From positions 1-57,112 of the forward strand of contig JASJQH010000011.1 of NCBI GenBank assembly GCA_040143965.1: 57,112 nucleotides of DNA, given 5' to 3'. This document shows, one piece after another, positions 1 to 9,572 of the stretch. Each line of letters begins with the position of its first letter. Positions within the stretch are counted from its first letter, which is position 1. This stretch comes from Basidiobolus ranarum. Taxonomy: Eukaryota. The notes under the pieces are model-generated. The model saw nothing but the letters and a program-made list of their open reading frames with translations. It ran no database searches and had not been told where the DNA came from. A program made the position numbers and the translations under genes.

Positions 1-73
1 ATTCGGGCGGTTTGGTGGTTGGGGATCCGGTTGGAGCGATGACTGTGGTGGAGATGATTGTGGGGATTGTTGA
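1..73 (+). CDS. 3' end of secreted Gly/Arg/Phe-rich precursor, copy 1 (runs off the window start)
   Basis: Frame from base 2 reads FGRFGGWGSGWSDDCGGDDCGDC* (TGA 71-73), almost identical to the C-terminus of the 779-1474 gene. Confidence 0.85.
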   Translation, partial: FGRFGGWGSGWSDDCGGDDCGDC

Positions 74-778
74 TCAATATGCTTCGAAAATTTGAAATTC
101 TCCAATATCTCTCACAAATCTGTTTATACCAACTTTCACATCCTCATTACCCTCTTCCTAATGACTAGTCCAATAAAAAGATTATGTATAGAAGGTAATA
201 CTGCACTATTACGAAATCTTAGTACCAATAAATGTTTTGTTTCACAAGCAGAACCAAAAAAAATGAACAATAATAGTGCATTCTAAACTTATTGAATGTA
301 ACATGAAGCATGAAGGATGCAACCGGAATAAACCTATGATAGGTGCTAAAAGAACAAGAATGTTAGAAGGTTAGCAATACTACCGCTCACATAACATAGC
401 AACGCTATCATAATATTTACTTTGCTTTTAGAATTTGGCGATGTTACTGCGCAACACTGACAATTGCTTACTTATAAATGAGAAGATTATGATAGTATCT
501 ATTATTATTTGTAGCATATATATGAGCAAAATTACCCTCTACTCTGAATATATGAATATAATAGGCTACTAACATAAATGTATCTGGTTCCTAATAACAT
601 ATCTCATTTTTTAGACTCATATACATATATCAAGAGCAAATCTTTAATCTCCAGCAACGCTATTTTAAAACAACTACGTCATTCTTATGGCGAATTTACC
701 TGTATAAAACCACCAATTAAGATCCTATTTTTTGACAGTTTCGATTTGCCTTCCAACAAACCATTTACCATTACAAAG

Positions 779-1474
779 ATGTATCTCCAGATTGCTCTTA
801 TCAATACCTTGATATTTGCTTCCCTAACTAATGCATCTGATGCTCAACTAAATACACCTATTGCGAATGTTGCTTTAGCTACAGCTACTACTTTCCCGGC
901 AAGTGAGAACATGATGTTTGGAACTGACACTGATTTCTTCATTCCTGATCCCATATTGGATGAGGAGGTTGAGCTCACTCCCGAAGAATCCCAGTTGCAC
1001 CGTGTGAACCTTGGAAAAATACTTACTCGCCTGTCCGAGTCCACCCCTGGTAAGATAAAGAAACTCGATTCAACCAAGTTACATAAGCCTGGTAAACATG
1101 TAACTACAATGCATTCGGAATATGGTGAACAAAATGCAAATACTCCGGTCACTTCTGACAGCGTTGCCGTACCTAATGTTGCCTTCAGTGCAGATGATGA
1201 AGAAAATGCGGACTTAGATTCTTCTCCAGAAGAAACCGAGTTGCGACATGGAGGGCGTGGTGGCCGCGGAGGTCGAGGTAGACGTGGAGGTCGTAGAGAT
1301 CGTGGTCGGGGTCGCTTTGGAAGAGGGCGAGGACGCTTTGGTCGTGGCCGATTTGGAAGAGGTGGAAGGTTTGGTCGTTTTGGTGGTCGCAGATTTGGCA
1401 GATTCGGGCGGTTTGGTAGCTGGGGATCCGGATGGAACGATGATTGTGGTGGTGATGATTGCGGAGATTGCTAG
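779..1474 (+). CDS. Secreted precursor, copy 2 (231 aa): signal peptide, acidic pro-region, (GRF/RGG)n cationic domain, Trp/Asp/Cys tail
   Basis: ATG 779 (MYLQIALINTLIFASLTNA, hydrophobic signal-like) is the start conserved in the paralogues and follows a TATAAAA at ~702; intronless; ...SSPEETELR-HGGRGGRGG...GRFGRFGSWGSGWNDDCGGDDCGDC*. Confidence 0.9.
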   Translation: MYLQIALINTLIFASLTNASDAQLNTPIANVALATATTFPASENMMFGTDTDFFIPDPILDEEVELTPEESQLHRVNLGKILTRLSESTPGKIKKLDSTKLHKPGKHVTTMHSEYGEQNANTPVTSDSVAVPNVAFSADDEENADLDSSPEETELRHGGRGGRGGRGRRGGRRDRGRGRFGRGRGRFGRGRFGRGGRFGRFGGRRFGRFGRFGSWGSGWNDDCGGDDCGDC

Positions 1475-2206
1475 TCAACTAGCATCTGAAATGTTAAAAC
1501 TCTTAATGATTCCGGTAAATTTGTTTATACCAACTTTCACATTTTCATTACCTTCTTCCTATTGACCAACTCAATAAAAAAGCTCTATACAAGATGTATT
1601 ACTACACTATAGTGATTGTTGAATTTAAATATCAATACGTGTCTAGGAACAAAAACATTTACAACAGCAACTAATATTTAGTGAACCTGCAATAAGAACT
1701 AAAAAAGCAAAACGATTAGTAATATAACTACTTATTTACTAAAGTAATGCAGAGTTAATAAAGCTATAATGATATTTCATTGCCAAGAAACTTTTTTAGT
1801 GTTTGTAAGTATTCGCAGGTAATATATTCAGGGGTTTCAATAAATCATTCTTGACCATAGATTGTTGCAGCATGGCGATTTGCTAAATGAACCAACACTG
1901 GCAACTGTTTATATAAATCAATGTGATATTTATTCTCCTTGGTTGAATGTGTTGAAATCCCCTACTTTAACCACATTAATGTAACGGCCGCCAGACATGA
2001 ATTTACCGGCTCTATAATATCATACTTCATACGTTAAACTCACACCCCAGTATCAGCATCTAATGTTTAATTCTCTGAAAGGTTATTACAAAGCGGCTGG
2101 GTGCTTGATGTAACAAAATTAAATCTTGCCCATATAAAATGACCAAGTATGGCCTTATTCTCTGACATATTCGATTTATTTTTCAACAATTTTTCTCATT
2201 CCAAGC

Positions 2207-2894
2207 ATGTATCTACAAATTGCGCTTATCAACGCTATTCTGTTTGCCTCTCTAACTAACCCGGCTGATACTAAATCAAGCACACTCACTGAGCATGTTG
2301 CTCTAACCACTGCTGCGACCTTCCCAACAAGTGACGGCATGATGTTTGAGACAGATACCGACTTCCTCATTCCCAATTCCCTGTTGGATGAAGAGATCAA
2401 GCTCACTCTCGACGAATCCCAGTTACGTCGTGTTAACCTTGGAAAAATCTTAGCTCGCTTGTCTAAGTCTTCTCCAAATATGATAGAGAAATTCAGCTCA
2501 TAATTCTATAAAATTGGTAAACCTGTTGCTATGATGATTCTCGAAACTAGTGATCAAGATCCAAATGCTCCAGTCACTTCTAACAGCATTACTACGCCTG
2601 ATTCAGAAAAAGTTGAGGACACTGATGTTGACTACAGTGTGGATGACGCAAGAAATACGGATTTAGATACTTCTCCTGAAGAAACTGAGTTGCGACGTGG
2701 AGGGCGCAGTGGCCGCGGAGGTCAAGGACGTGGTCGCTTTGGTCGTGGCCGGAAGAGGTGAAAGGTTTGGTCGCTTCGGCGGTCGCAGATTGGGTAGGTT
2801 TGGCAGATTCGGGCGGTTTGGTGGTTGGGGATCTGGATGGAACGACGACTGTGGTGGAAATGATTGTGCTAATCAATACGCTTCCAAAATTTGA
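2207..2894 (+). pseudogene. Precursor copy 3, disrupted
   Basis: Same MYLQIALIN start and pro-region; in-frame TAA at 2501-2503; a 5-bp deletion near 2750 relative to copies 2/4 (GGCC[GATTT]GGAAGA) shifts the GRF repeat frame; the tail has lost the last Cys and the normal stop. Confidence 0.85.
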
Positions 2895-3261
2895 AATCCT
2901 TCAATATCTCTCACAAATCTGTTTATACCAACTTTCACAACCTCATTACCCTCTTCCTAATGACTATTCCAATAAAAAGATTATGTATAAGAGGTAATAC
3001 TACACTATTACGAAATCTTAGTATCAATATTTGTTTTGTTTCGCAAACAGAACCAAGAAAATTAACAATGATAGTGCATTCTAAACATACTGAATATAAC
3101 CGAAAGTATGAAGGATGTAACTTAAGATTATAAACCTATGACAAGCACTAACGGGACTATATAATCCAACACCTCTAAGAACCGTGCATGCTGAGATTCA
3201 TATCCTAACATACCAAGCTTTTGCAAATCTTCAAGAAAATGCTCCATAACTTTCCCACCCA

Positions 3262-3582
3262 TCATAGTATGCCAATGAGCTCGCACGGACGGCCTCGCGC
3301 AACAACCTGGCATCCTTTCTGCAGATATAATTCTTGTAAAAGACTGAGAAGTCTGCCATTGTCAAGAGCGACACCGGCTATGCCTTTTAGTGACAGCCAT
3401 TCAAGCAGTCTATGTCGTGGAGCTACATAATTTAATAACGTTTCACTTTCCTCGGCCTCCCTTGTGGCGGATAGGGTGCTCAGCTGCGCAGAGTTGGCCT
3501 TGGTGGTGCTTGTCTTGCGCGTGTTGGTCTTGGACGTGCTTTGTTCTGCTGCGCGTGCGGCCGATCGAGTGACAGGAGGCAT
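3262..3582 (-). pseudogene. Truncated gene fragment (MPPVTRSAARAAEQ...) at the left edge of the insertion
   Basis: GC-richer ORF with a basic, low-complexity N-terminus; runs into stops and the insertion junction; no family recognised. Confidence 0.35.
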
Positions 3583-3696
3583 GCCAGCGCTACTGTGCGG
3601 CTTGTAATTAGCCCCTTTCATAAATTACCATTTATTATGGACCGGACCACCTGACTTCCCGCCCCCTACCTTTTTCCTTACCTACCACCACCCAAT

Positions 3697-4230
3697 ATGC
3701 CCAAAAATACCAACAATAAAGAAGCCAATATCTAGAGGGCCCTAGATACACTCTGAGACCAAATAACCCCTAATATTTCCAGAACTGTGCGTGAATTCGC
3801 GGTTCCAAAGTCTACCCTTCTTCGCTGATAGAATGGTGGAAAATCGCTATTTAATCGATAACTAAACAATCAAAAGCTAGATATAGAGCAAGAGCAAGCT
3901 CTCTGTGCCTATATTGATCAGCTTGATACAGCTGGTATTCATATCAAACCAGCTCAAATTCAGAAATCTGCCAATTTTATTCTTTCTCTTGCATATATAG
4001 ACCCTACAAAACCACTACCTAAAATTGGTAAACACTAGGTTAAACGCTTCCTTTATTGATATCCTGAATATTAGCGGAGATAAAGAAGAGTTCTGGATAT
4101 TGAACGAAAACAAGCCCTGGACAAACGGACTATAGAAAAATGGTTTAATAAGTACAAAACTATAGTTATAGAGCAAGAAATTGATCTATGTGATATTTAC
4201 AATTTTGATGAGACTGGTTTTCGAATTGGT
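3697..4230 (+). mobile_element. Fot1/Pot2-type (pogo, Tc1/mariner superfamily) DDE transposase relic, N-terminal part only
   Basis: One frame from ATG 3697: HTH-like NISRTVREFAVPKSTL, CENP-B-like EQEQALCAYIDQLD...IGKH*VKRFL, ending in the family motif DIYNFDETGFRIG; nine in-frame stops, no frameshift. Confidence 0.9.
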
Positions 4231-4554
4231 CACGAAATTTGACAAAACACATTCAAACTTTTAATAATCAGATTTAGTTAGTAATTAATAGCTAATTAAT
4301 CATTAATTAATTATAGATAAGCTTTCTCAATATTATGCATATAAACTGGTTCGTGGAGTCGACCGTCTGGATCTCTCGAAATTAACTGGACATTTCGGTA
4401 TTGTTGCTCGTGTTTCGAAAGTGAGTCTGGTAGAAAACAAGAGAAAAATGAAAAGAACTAGCTCGATGTAGGTAATGAATAGCATTTGACAGAGAGAGGG
4501 AGGGGTGATATTTGGGATAAATTTACCAAATAAAAACGATCATCTGTTTGCGAT

Positions 4555-4720
4555 AACTGTTCGGGGGATCTGGGTCCGATTGACCGACCCCGACCGAATT
4601 CCCCTAATGCCTCAAATTCCCCGAATGCCCCGAATCTTCGGATAACATTTCCATATTGTTGAGATCGTCGGGGTCTGCTATAACGGGGTACAATGATACT
4701 CTACGTCCGAATACGTCCAG
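4555..4720 (+). promoter_or_regulatory. CCG/CGG-dense upstream region of the enoyl reductase (possible Zn(II)2Cys6 binding sites)
   Basis: Repeated CCGA/CCCCGA/TCGG/CGGA (e.g. GTCCGATTGACCGACCCCGACCGAATT, CCCCGAATGCCCCGAATCTTCGGATA), unlike the CpG-poor intergenic DNA elsewhere in the window. Confidence 0.45.
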
Positions 4721-4982
4721 ATTACCATGGAAAATCAGTGGAGAAATGAGTAGTCGCTAAATAAGCCTATAGTATTAACTAGCCATTGTATTTTTTTCGT
4801 AATATAATAGGCTAGGGCTGAGGGAACGATCTCGGCCTCTTTTGGACGCGAGGCCGTATTGCTGCTTACAAGTCTTCGTCTGCGGTGGGTAGCGTTACAC
4901 CGCAATTTATATATTTAGCTGTTCGGGTAACCCACTTCATCCATATCCAAAACATTCAACTTCTTTGAAAGATACCATCACT

Positions 4983-6035
4983 ATGCAAACAGCCACTCGT
5001 GCGATTTTCACCAACCAGAACGGCGAGCCGTATATTGGCACAGTCGACGAAACCTATGAGCCCCTTCCGACCGAGGTTCTTGTCAAGGTTGAGTTCTCCG
5101 GAATCAACCCCGCCGATCTCGGCCACGCCAGGATTGGATTCAACAACACTGTCGCCGGGTACGACTTCTCTGGAACCGTCATCAAAGCAGGCAGCGCCAA
5201 AAGTGGGCAGTTCAAACCCAATGATCGCGTTCTTGGATTTGCTGCGCCTCTTTTGGACAAGCCGAAGCAGTATGGCGCGCACCAAGAATTCCATTGCGCC
5301 AGGCATTTTGTCTACCACGTTCCCCCTTCTATGCCCATGGAAGATGCTGGTTGCCTCTTGGTTGTAACCCATACCGCTGCTGATGCTCTCTTCAATCGAC
5401 TCCAACTTTCCTTTGAAGACGAGTCCGAGCCTCTTTTGGTATGGGGTGGCTCAGGTGCTGTTGGAAGTGCCGCCATCCAACTCGCCAAAAAGGCAGGATG
5501 TTACCCAATCCTTGCCACCGCATCGCCTAAGAATCATGCAAAACTCTTAGAGATTGGTGCAACAGAGTGTTTTGATTACAATGACTGCGAGGTTGTGCAA
5601 AAAATTCAATCTGCTCTCAAGAAATACACCACTAAGCCGTTGAAGCGAGTATTGGATGCGGTCGTATCTCGCGGACAACCTTCTTCAACTAGCCTTTGCG
5701 AGTCTTGTGTCGAAGACTCAAGTGATGCTTTGTTCACTTCTCCAATCCCTGCTACGAGTGATGCAAAGAACCACTGGAGTCGTACCTTTGCCTGCAGAAA
5801 TGTTGACGTCGACTTCAGACTTCAGAACGGAACGCTATTCAGACACGCCCCTGATCAATCTATGCAAGCCAAAATCGATCAAGCTGCCAGCTGGGCTATT
5901 TCGAACTACGGGAATGGTTACTGCATGCCAAAAGTCGTGGTGGTGAAAGGTGGAGAGGATGGAGTGCGTGCCATACTTGATGTTTCTGCCGGAAAGGCCA
6001 GCATGCAGAAGTTTGTAATTGAGCATCCTATCTAA
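4983..6035 (+). CDS. MDR-superfamily NAD(P)H oxidoreductase, LovC-like trans-enoyl reductase (350 aa)
   Basis: EVLVKVEFSGINPAD, GYDFSGTV, GroES-like N-domain, Rossmann motif LLVWGGSGAVGSAAIQLAKKAG, ATASPKNH, FDYND; intronless, GC-richer than neighbouring genes; ATG 4983 preferred over the upstream TTG. Confidence 0.9.
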   Translation: MQTATRAIFTNQNGEPYIGTVDETYEPLPTEVLVKVEFSGINPADLGHARIGFNNTVAGYDFSGTVIKAGSAKSGQFKPNDRVLGFAAPLLDKPKQYGAHQEFHCARHFVYHVPPSMPMEDAGCLLVVTHTAADALFNRLQLSFEDESEPLLVWGGSGAVGSAAIQLAKKAGCYPILATASPKNHAKLLEIGATECFDYNDCEVVQKIQSALKKYTTKPLKRVLDAVVSRGQPSSTSLCESCVEDSSDALFTSPIPATSDAKNHWSRTFACRNVDVDFRLQNGTLFRHAPDQSMQAKIDQAASWAISNYGNGYCMPKVVVVKGGEDGVRAILDVSAGKASMQKFVIEHPI

Positions 6036-6510
6036 GAGCCTTTACATCACTAAGGTGCCCAGGTGGTGGATTTCTGAAAATTTATGTTCCTACCTCTGAC
6101 TATGCTTCCATGATTCTAAGGTTCTGTGCTTGTATTGTGTGTAAAGGTATATCTATCCGCACTCTTCGGAATGTTTCTTCTCTGCTTTGTTTAATCTACA
6201 TCATCTCGATTATGATTCCCAGCGGGAACTAGCATCATCCAATGATTTCTCCATAGTTCATACAGTTAATAGTATAGTTGTTATTAAATAAACTTTTGCC
6301 TTTTAACGCTCGAAATCATCAGCTTCGTTTGACTAAACTCCTGTAGTCCCCCAAAGGGCATTGTTTCGACCCCATCCACTCCCTTTAAAGTCTCTGTAAG
6401 GGCGCAGAGTTAGTGAAGAATGGATGATAGAGGGGTACAAATGACTGCCTCCTTACGTTCATCATGGGGCGGCATATTCCTGATATGAACTTGATCAAAA
6501 TCGAGATCTT

Positions 6511-7286
6511 TTGGTCCTTAATAACATTTATGACTACCTTCTTTGCCTATTCTTAGTAATCGGTAAGGAAAATCTAATAAGCATTCTAGCCACTACCTTA
6601 ACAAAACTATCACTAGAATATATTCCTAGAAGTATAAATAGATCTATAATTATAACAAGCCAGACCAAAGAGGTAGCATTAAAAATAGTTCACTATAATA
6701 ATTTTGTTAAGGTTAAGCATATGAAAAGCTATAAGGCGCTAGATCTTTTTTAAAAAAAACTTAATTAACCAGGGACCTTCCTTAACACATTCTACACGTA
6801 GTTTGTTTACATCTTGACAAAAGTATAAATGTCAATTTTCTACTCAATAAATCAATAAGTGAAAACCACCAATTTCTCTAATTCTCCAAACCACTTCCAA
6901 CAGGCTCCCAAATACTTTAACAGTTATTCAGTATTACAATATCTAAAAGACTTTCTAGGGGCAGAGCTTCTAAATAACTCTCGTGGTAGGGAAATGTCTG
7001 AATCTGATTCAGGCTCAGAGTTCAAAGATGATATTGTAATGCTAAGAGATTTTTCATTGATATCTATCAGTAAAAACAGTGCTTCATTTACAATGCATCA
7101 GGTAGTGCAACTGACTATGCGCGCATGGTTGAAATCGCATGGACAAATGAATACATGGCGGGAGAGATTCATTAGTACCCTGTATAACAAGCTCCCCACT
7201 GGTGAATTCCAAGGCGGAGACTCCAAACAAATTATTGATAGCACCTGGATGCTGGCAATAGCATATTCCCTGGAGGGCCGATGGAA
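6511..7286 (+). pseudogene. NB-ARC/TPR (fungal NLR, 'kinesin light chain'-type) relic interrupted by an LTR fragment
   Basis: LVLNNIYD (degenerate Walker B LILDNxDD), YIPRSINRSIIITSQTKEVALKIV (cf. YLPxSxxGSIIITTR), EFKDDIVMLRDFSLIS...FTMHQVVQLTMRAWLKSHG (MHxLVQ motif), and a TPR start MLAIAYSLEGRW; internal deletions. Confidence 0.75.
6769..6922 (+). mobile_element. Partial (3' ~154 bp) copy of the solo-LTR family
   Basis: Near-identical to ~17010-17164; ends CCCAAATACTTTAACA. Confidence 0.85.
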
Positions 7287-7645
7287 AGATGGTTAGCAAT
7301 ACTACCCATTCACATAGCATATTGAGGCAGAACTATTAACGCTATAATAACATTTACTTTACTTTAAGAGTTTGTTTGCATTAGTGCGCAACACTGACAA
7401 TTGCTTACTTATAATTGAGAATACTATGTAACAGTCTATTAAAAGAAATTTATTTGGTTCATATTACTATATCTCATGTGTTAGACTCATCCATATATCA
7501 AGAGCAAAAGTTTAATCTTCAGTAACGCTATTTTAAATTGACTGCGTCATTATTCTATCAAATTACCTGTATAAAACTACCAGTAATGCTCCTATTTTTT
7601 GACAGTTTCGATTTGCCTTCTAACAAACCATCTACCATTACAAAG

Positions 7646-8344
7646 ATGTATCTTCAAATTGCTCTTATCAATGCCTTGTTGCTTGCTTCTCTAACGAATG
7701 CATCTGACGTTCTAAATTCGCCTGTTGCCAATGTTGCTTTAGCTACAGCTACTACCTTCCCCGCAAGTGAGAGCATAATGCTTGGAACTGACACTGAATT
7801 CTTCATTCCCAATTCCATGTTGGATGAAGATGTCGAACTCACTCCCGAAGAATCGCAGATGCATCGTGTCAACCTTGGAAAGATACTTGCTCGCTTGTCT
7901 AAATCCTCTCCAGGCAATATAGGGAAATTTAGTTCAGTTGAGCTCCTTAAAACTGATAAACCTGTGACTAAGATGATTTCTGAAACTGGTGCCCAAGATA
8001 CAAATATTCCAGTCACCTCTGATAGCAACTTCGCACCTGCCTCAGGCAAAATTGAAAATGACGATATAGCCTACAGTGATGCTGATGAAACAAACACTAA
8101 TTTAGATGCTTCACCTGAAGAAACCGAGTTGCGACGTGGAGGGCGCGGTGGCCGCGGAGGTCGTGGAGTTCGGGGTCGTTTTGGACGAGGACGAAGACGC
8201 TTTGGTCGTGGCCGATTTGGAAGAGGTGGAAGGTTTGGTCGCTTCGGCGGTCGCAGATTTGGTAGGTTTGGCAGATTCGGACGGTTTGGTGGTTGGGGAT
8301 CCAGATGGAACGATAACTGTGTCGATGATTGTGAAAGTTGTTAA
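7646..8344 (+). CDS. Secreted precursor, copy 4 (232 aa)
   Basis: MYLQIALINALLLASLTNA...SPEETELRR-GGRGGRGGRGVRGRFGRGRRRFGRGRFGRGGRFGRFGGRRFGRFGRFGRFGGWGSRWNDNCVDDCESC*; upstream 7287-7645 is paralogous to 365-778. Confidence 0.9.
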   Translation: MYLQIALINALLLASLTNASDVLNSPVANVALATATTFPASESIMLGTDTEFFIPNSMLDEDVELTPEESQMHRVNLGKILARLSKSSPGNIGKFSSVELLKTDKPVTKMISETGAQDTNIPVTSDSNFAPASGKIENDDIAYSDADETNTNLDASPEETELRRGGRGGRGGRGVRGRFGRGRRRFGRGRFGRGGRFGRFGGRRFGRFGRFGRFGGWGSRWNDNCVDDCESC

Positions 8345-9572
8345 TCAGTTTGTACCACAAGTCTTGAATGCCTTGAATATTCCTGTGAAACCTTTTTATA
8401 GCAAGCATTTACATCTTTAGCACCTGCTTCCCTTTACTACTCCAATAAAGTCATTTTAAATGGAACTACAATGCGTGCGATCAGAATGCTTTAATACTTA
8501 TGATGCATTATGTACTTATGAAAATAAGCCTCCGTACCTGCTAGTAGTTATGTTGTCAATAAGCAGATCTTCTAACGGTGACCCTTGTCACTCTCTGATG
8601 GGAGAACTTGGCGGGGAGTATATATATATATATATTCTACATGAACCCCTGATCTAGCAGTGCAGCTTAGTATACTGAAATTAATGTCAATATATTAATC
8701 ATGGTAGTGATGGAAAGCCTCAAAACTGAAACAATACTGATAAAAATTTGAACTATTAAATGCAGAATTTACTTCACATTTTTAGTGCCAAATGATACGT
8801 AGTAGTAAGTAGCGAAAGAAACAAGAAATGTTTTAGAGGGTAGTGAGTACGGATCATTTAGGGTAATTAACAGAATTTTATAATTTGACACAATTTAAAT
8901 TCTGAATACCTGATATTAGTGAGACAGTTTCTAAAATGTCAGGCAATTGTGAGCACTAATACTTACCTTTGCCGGGTAATATATCTAAGAATAGTGGAAT
9001 TTGCATAATATAAATCCTAATGAACTCAATTCTAACAAATACTTACGTTTATATTGTGTAGAATAGAATCGTAGTAATTGAGGACAAAAAATCCAATTGA
9101 AAAATGACCTACAAGTATGTAGGGTATCTCTTCCTGTATTTCAATTCAAATGATCATTTTGGCATGGCTTAGTTGGTATTACTCAATAATTGTAGGCAGT
9201 CACTGTCAGTGATGTGTCAAGTCGCCATCAATATAGGTTTATTTTCATTTAATAAAATAGGCGGGGTGTTCATGTGTAAATTTTTATTAATATAAGATGT
9301 AGTCTACGAATCATGATGTTCAGAACCGTCAACATATAACAATATATTTAATGATTGCTTTATTATAGTAGATCGGCTTAATATACTGATTTCTCATTTC
9401 AAGAAGTTATAGATGCTATAATTTCTTTCAGCAAGATTAAAATAAAGTCAATGGTGATGCTAATTCTTGTGAGAAAACGGGCAGTTCAAGCTTTGAAGTA
9501 CACTTGATTTGTGAAGAACATGTAGTTAATGAAGTTTGTAAGCAACTATGTAATAATCTCATGTCTCTCCGG

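Larger units (their letters stand above)
3152..7286. other. ~4.1 kb insertion of ascomycete-like DNA in the spacer of the precursor array
   Basis: Spacer 329-349 (TAAACCTATGATAGGTGCTAA) matches 3131-3151 and spacer from ~365 (AGAAGGTTAGCAATACTACC) matches from 7287; the sequence between has no counterpart in the first spacer. Confidence 0.85.

Noticed and set aside
578-778. Longer N-terminus given by the ORF track for copy 2 (and 7538-7645 for copy 4)
   Set aside because: Not conserved as protein, contains the TATA box, and would bury the signal peptide; MYLQ is the shared start
1240-1440. RGG box suggesting fibrillarin/Gar1/nucleolin
   Set aside because: No methyltransferase, Gar1 or RRM domain; a signal peptide is present
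1185-1565. His-rich and Val-rich ORFs overlapping the GRF repeats (also 2592-2997, 8097-8420)
   Set aside because: Alternative-frame or antisense shadows of the GGT/CGT-rich repeat
4826-4860. CTCGGCCTCTTTTGG resembling the U2 snRNA 5' end
   Set aside because: No GTGTAGTA branch-pairing sequence or Sm site follows; just a short hairpin
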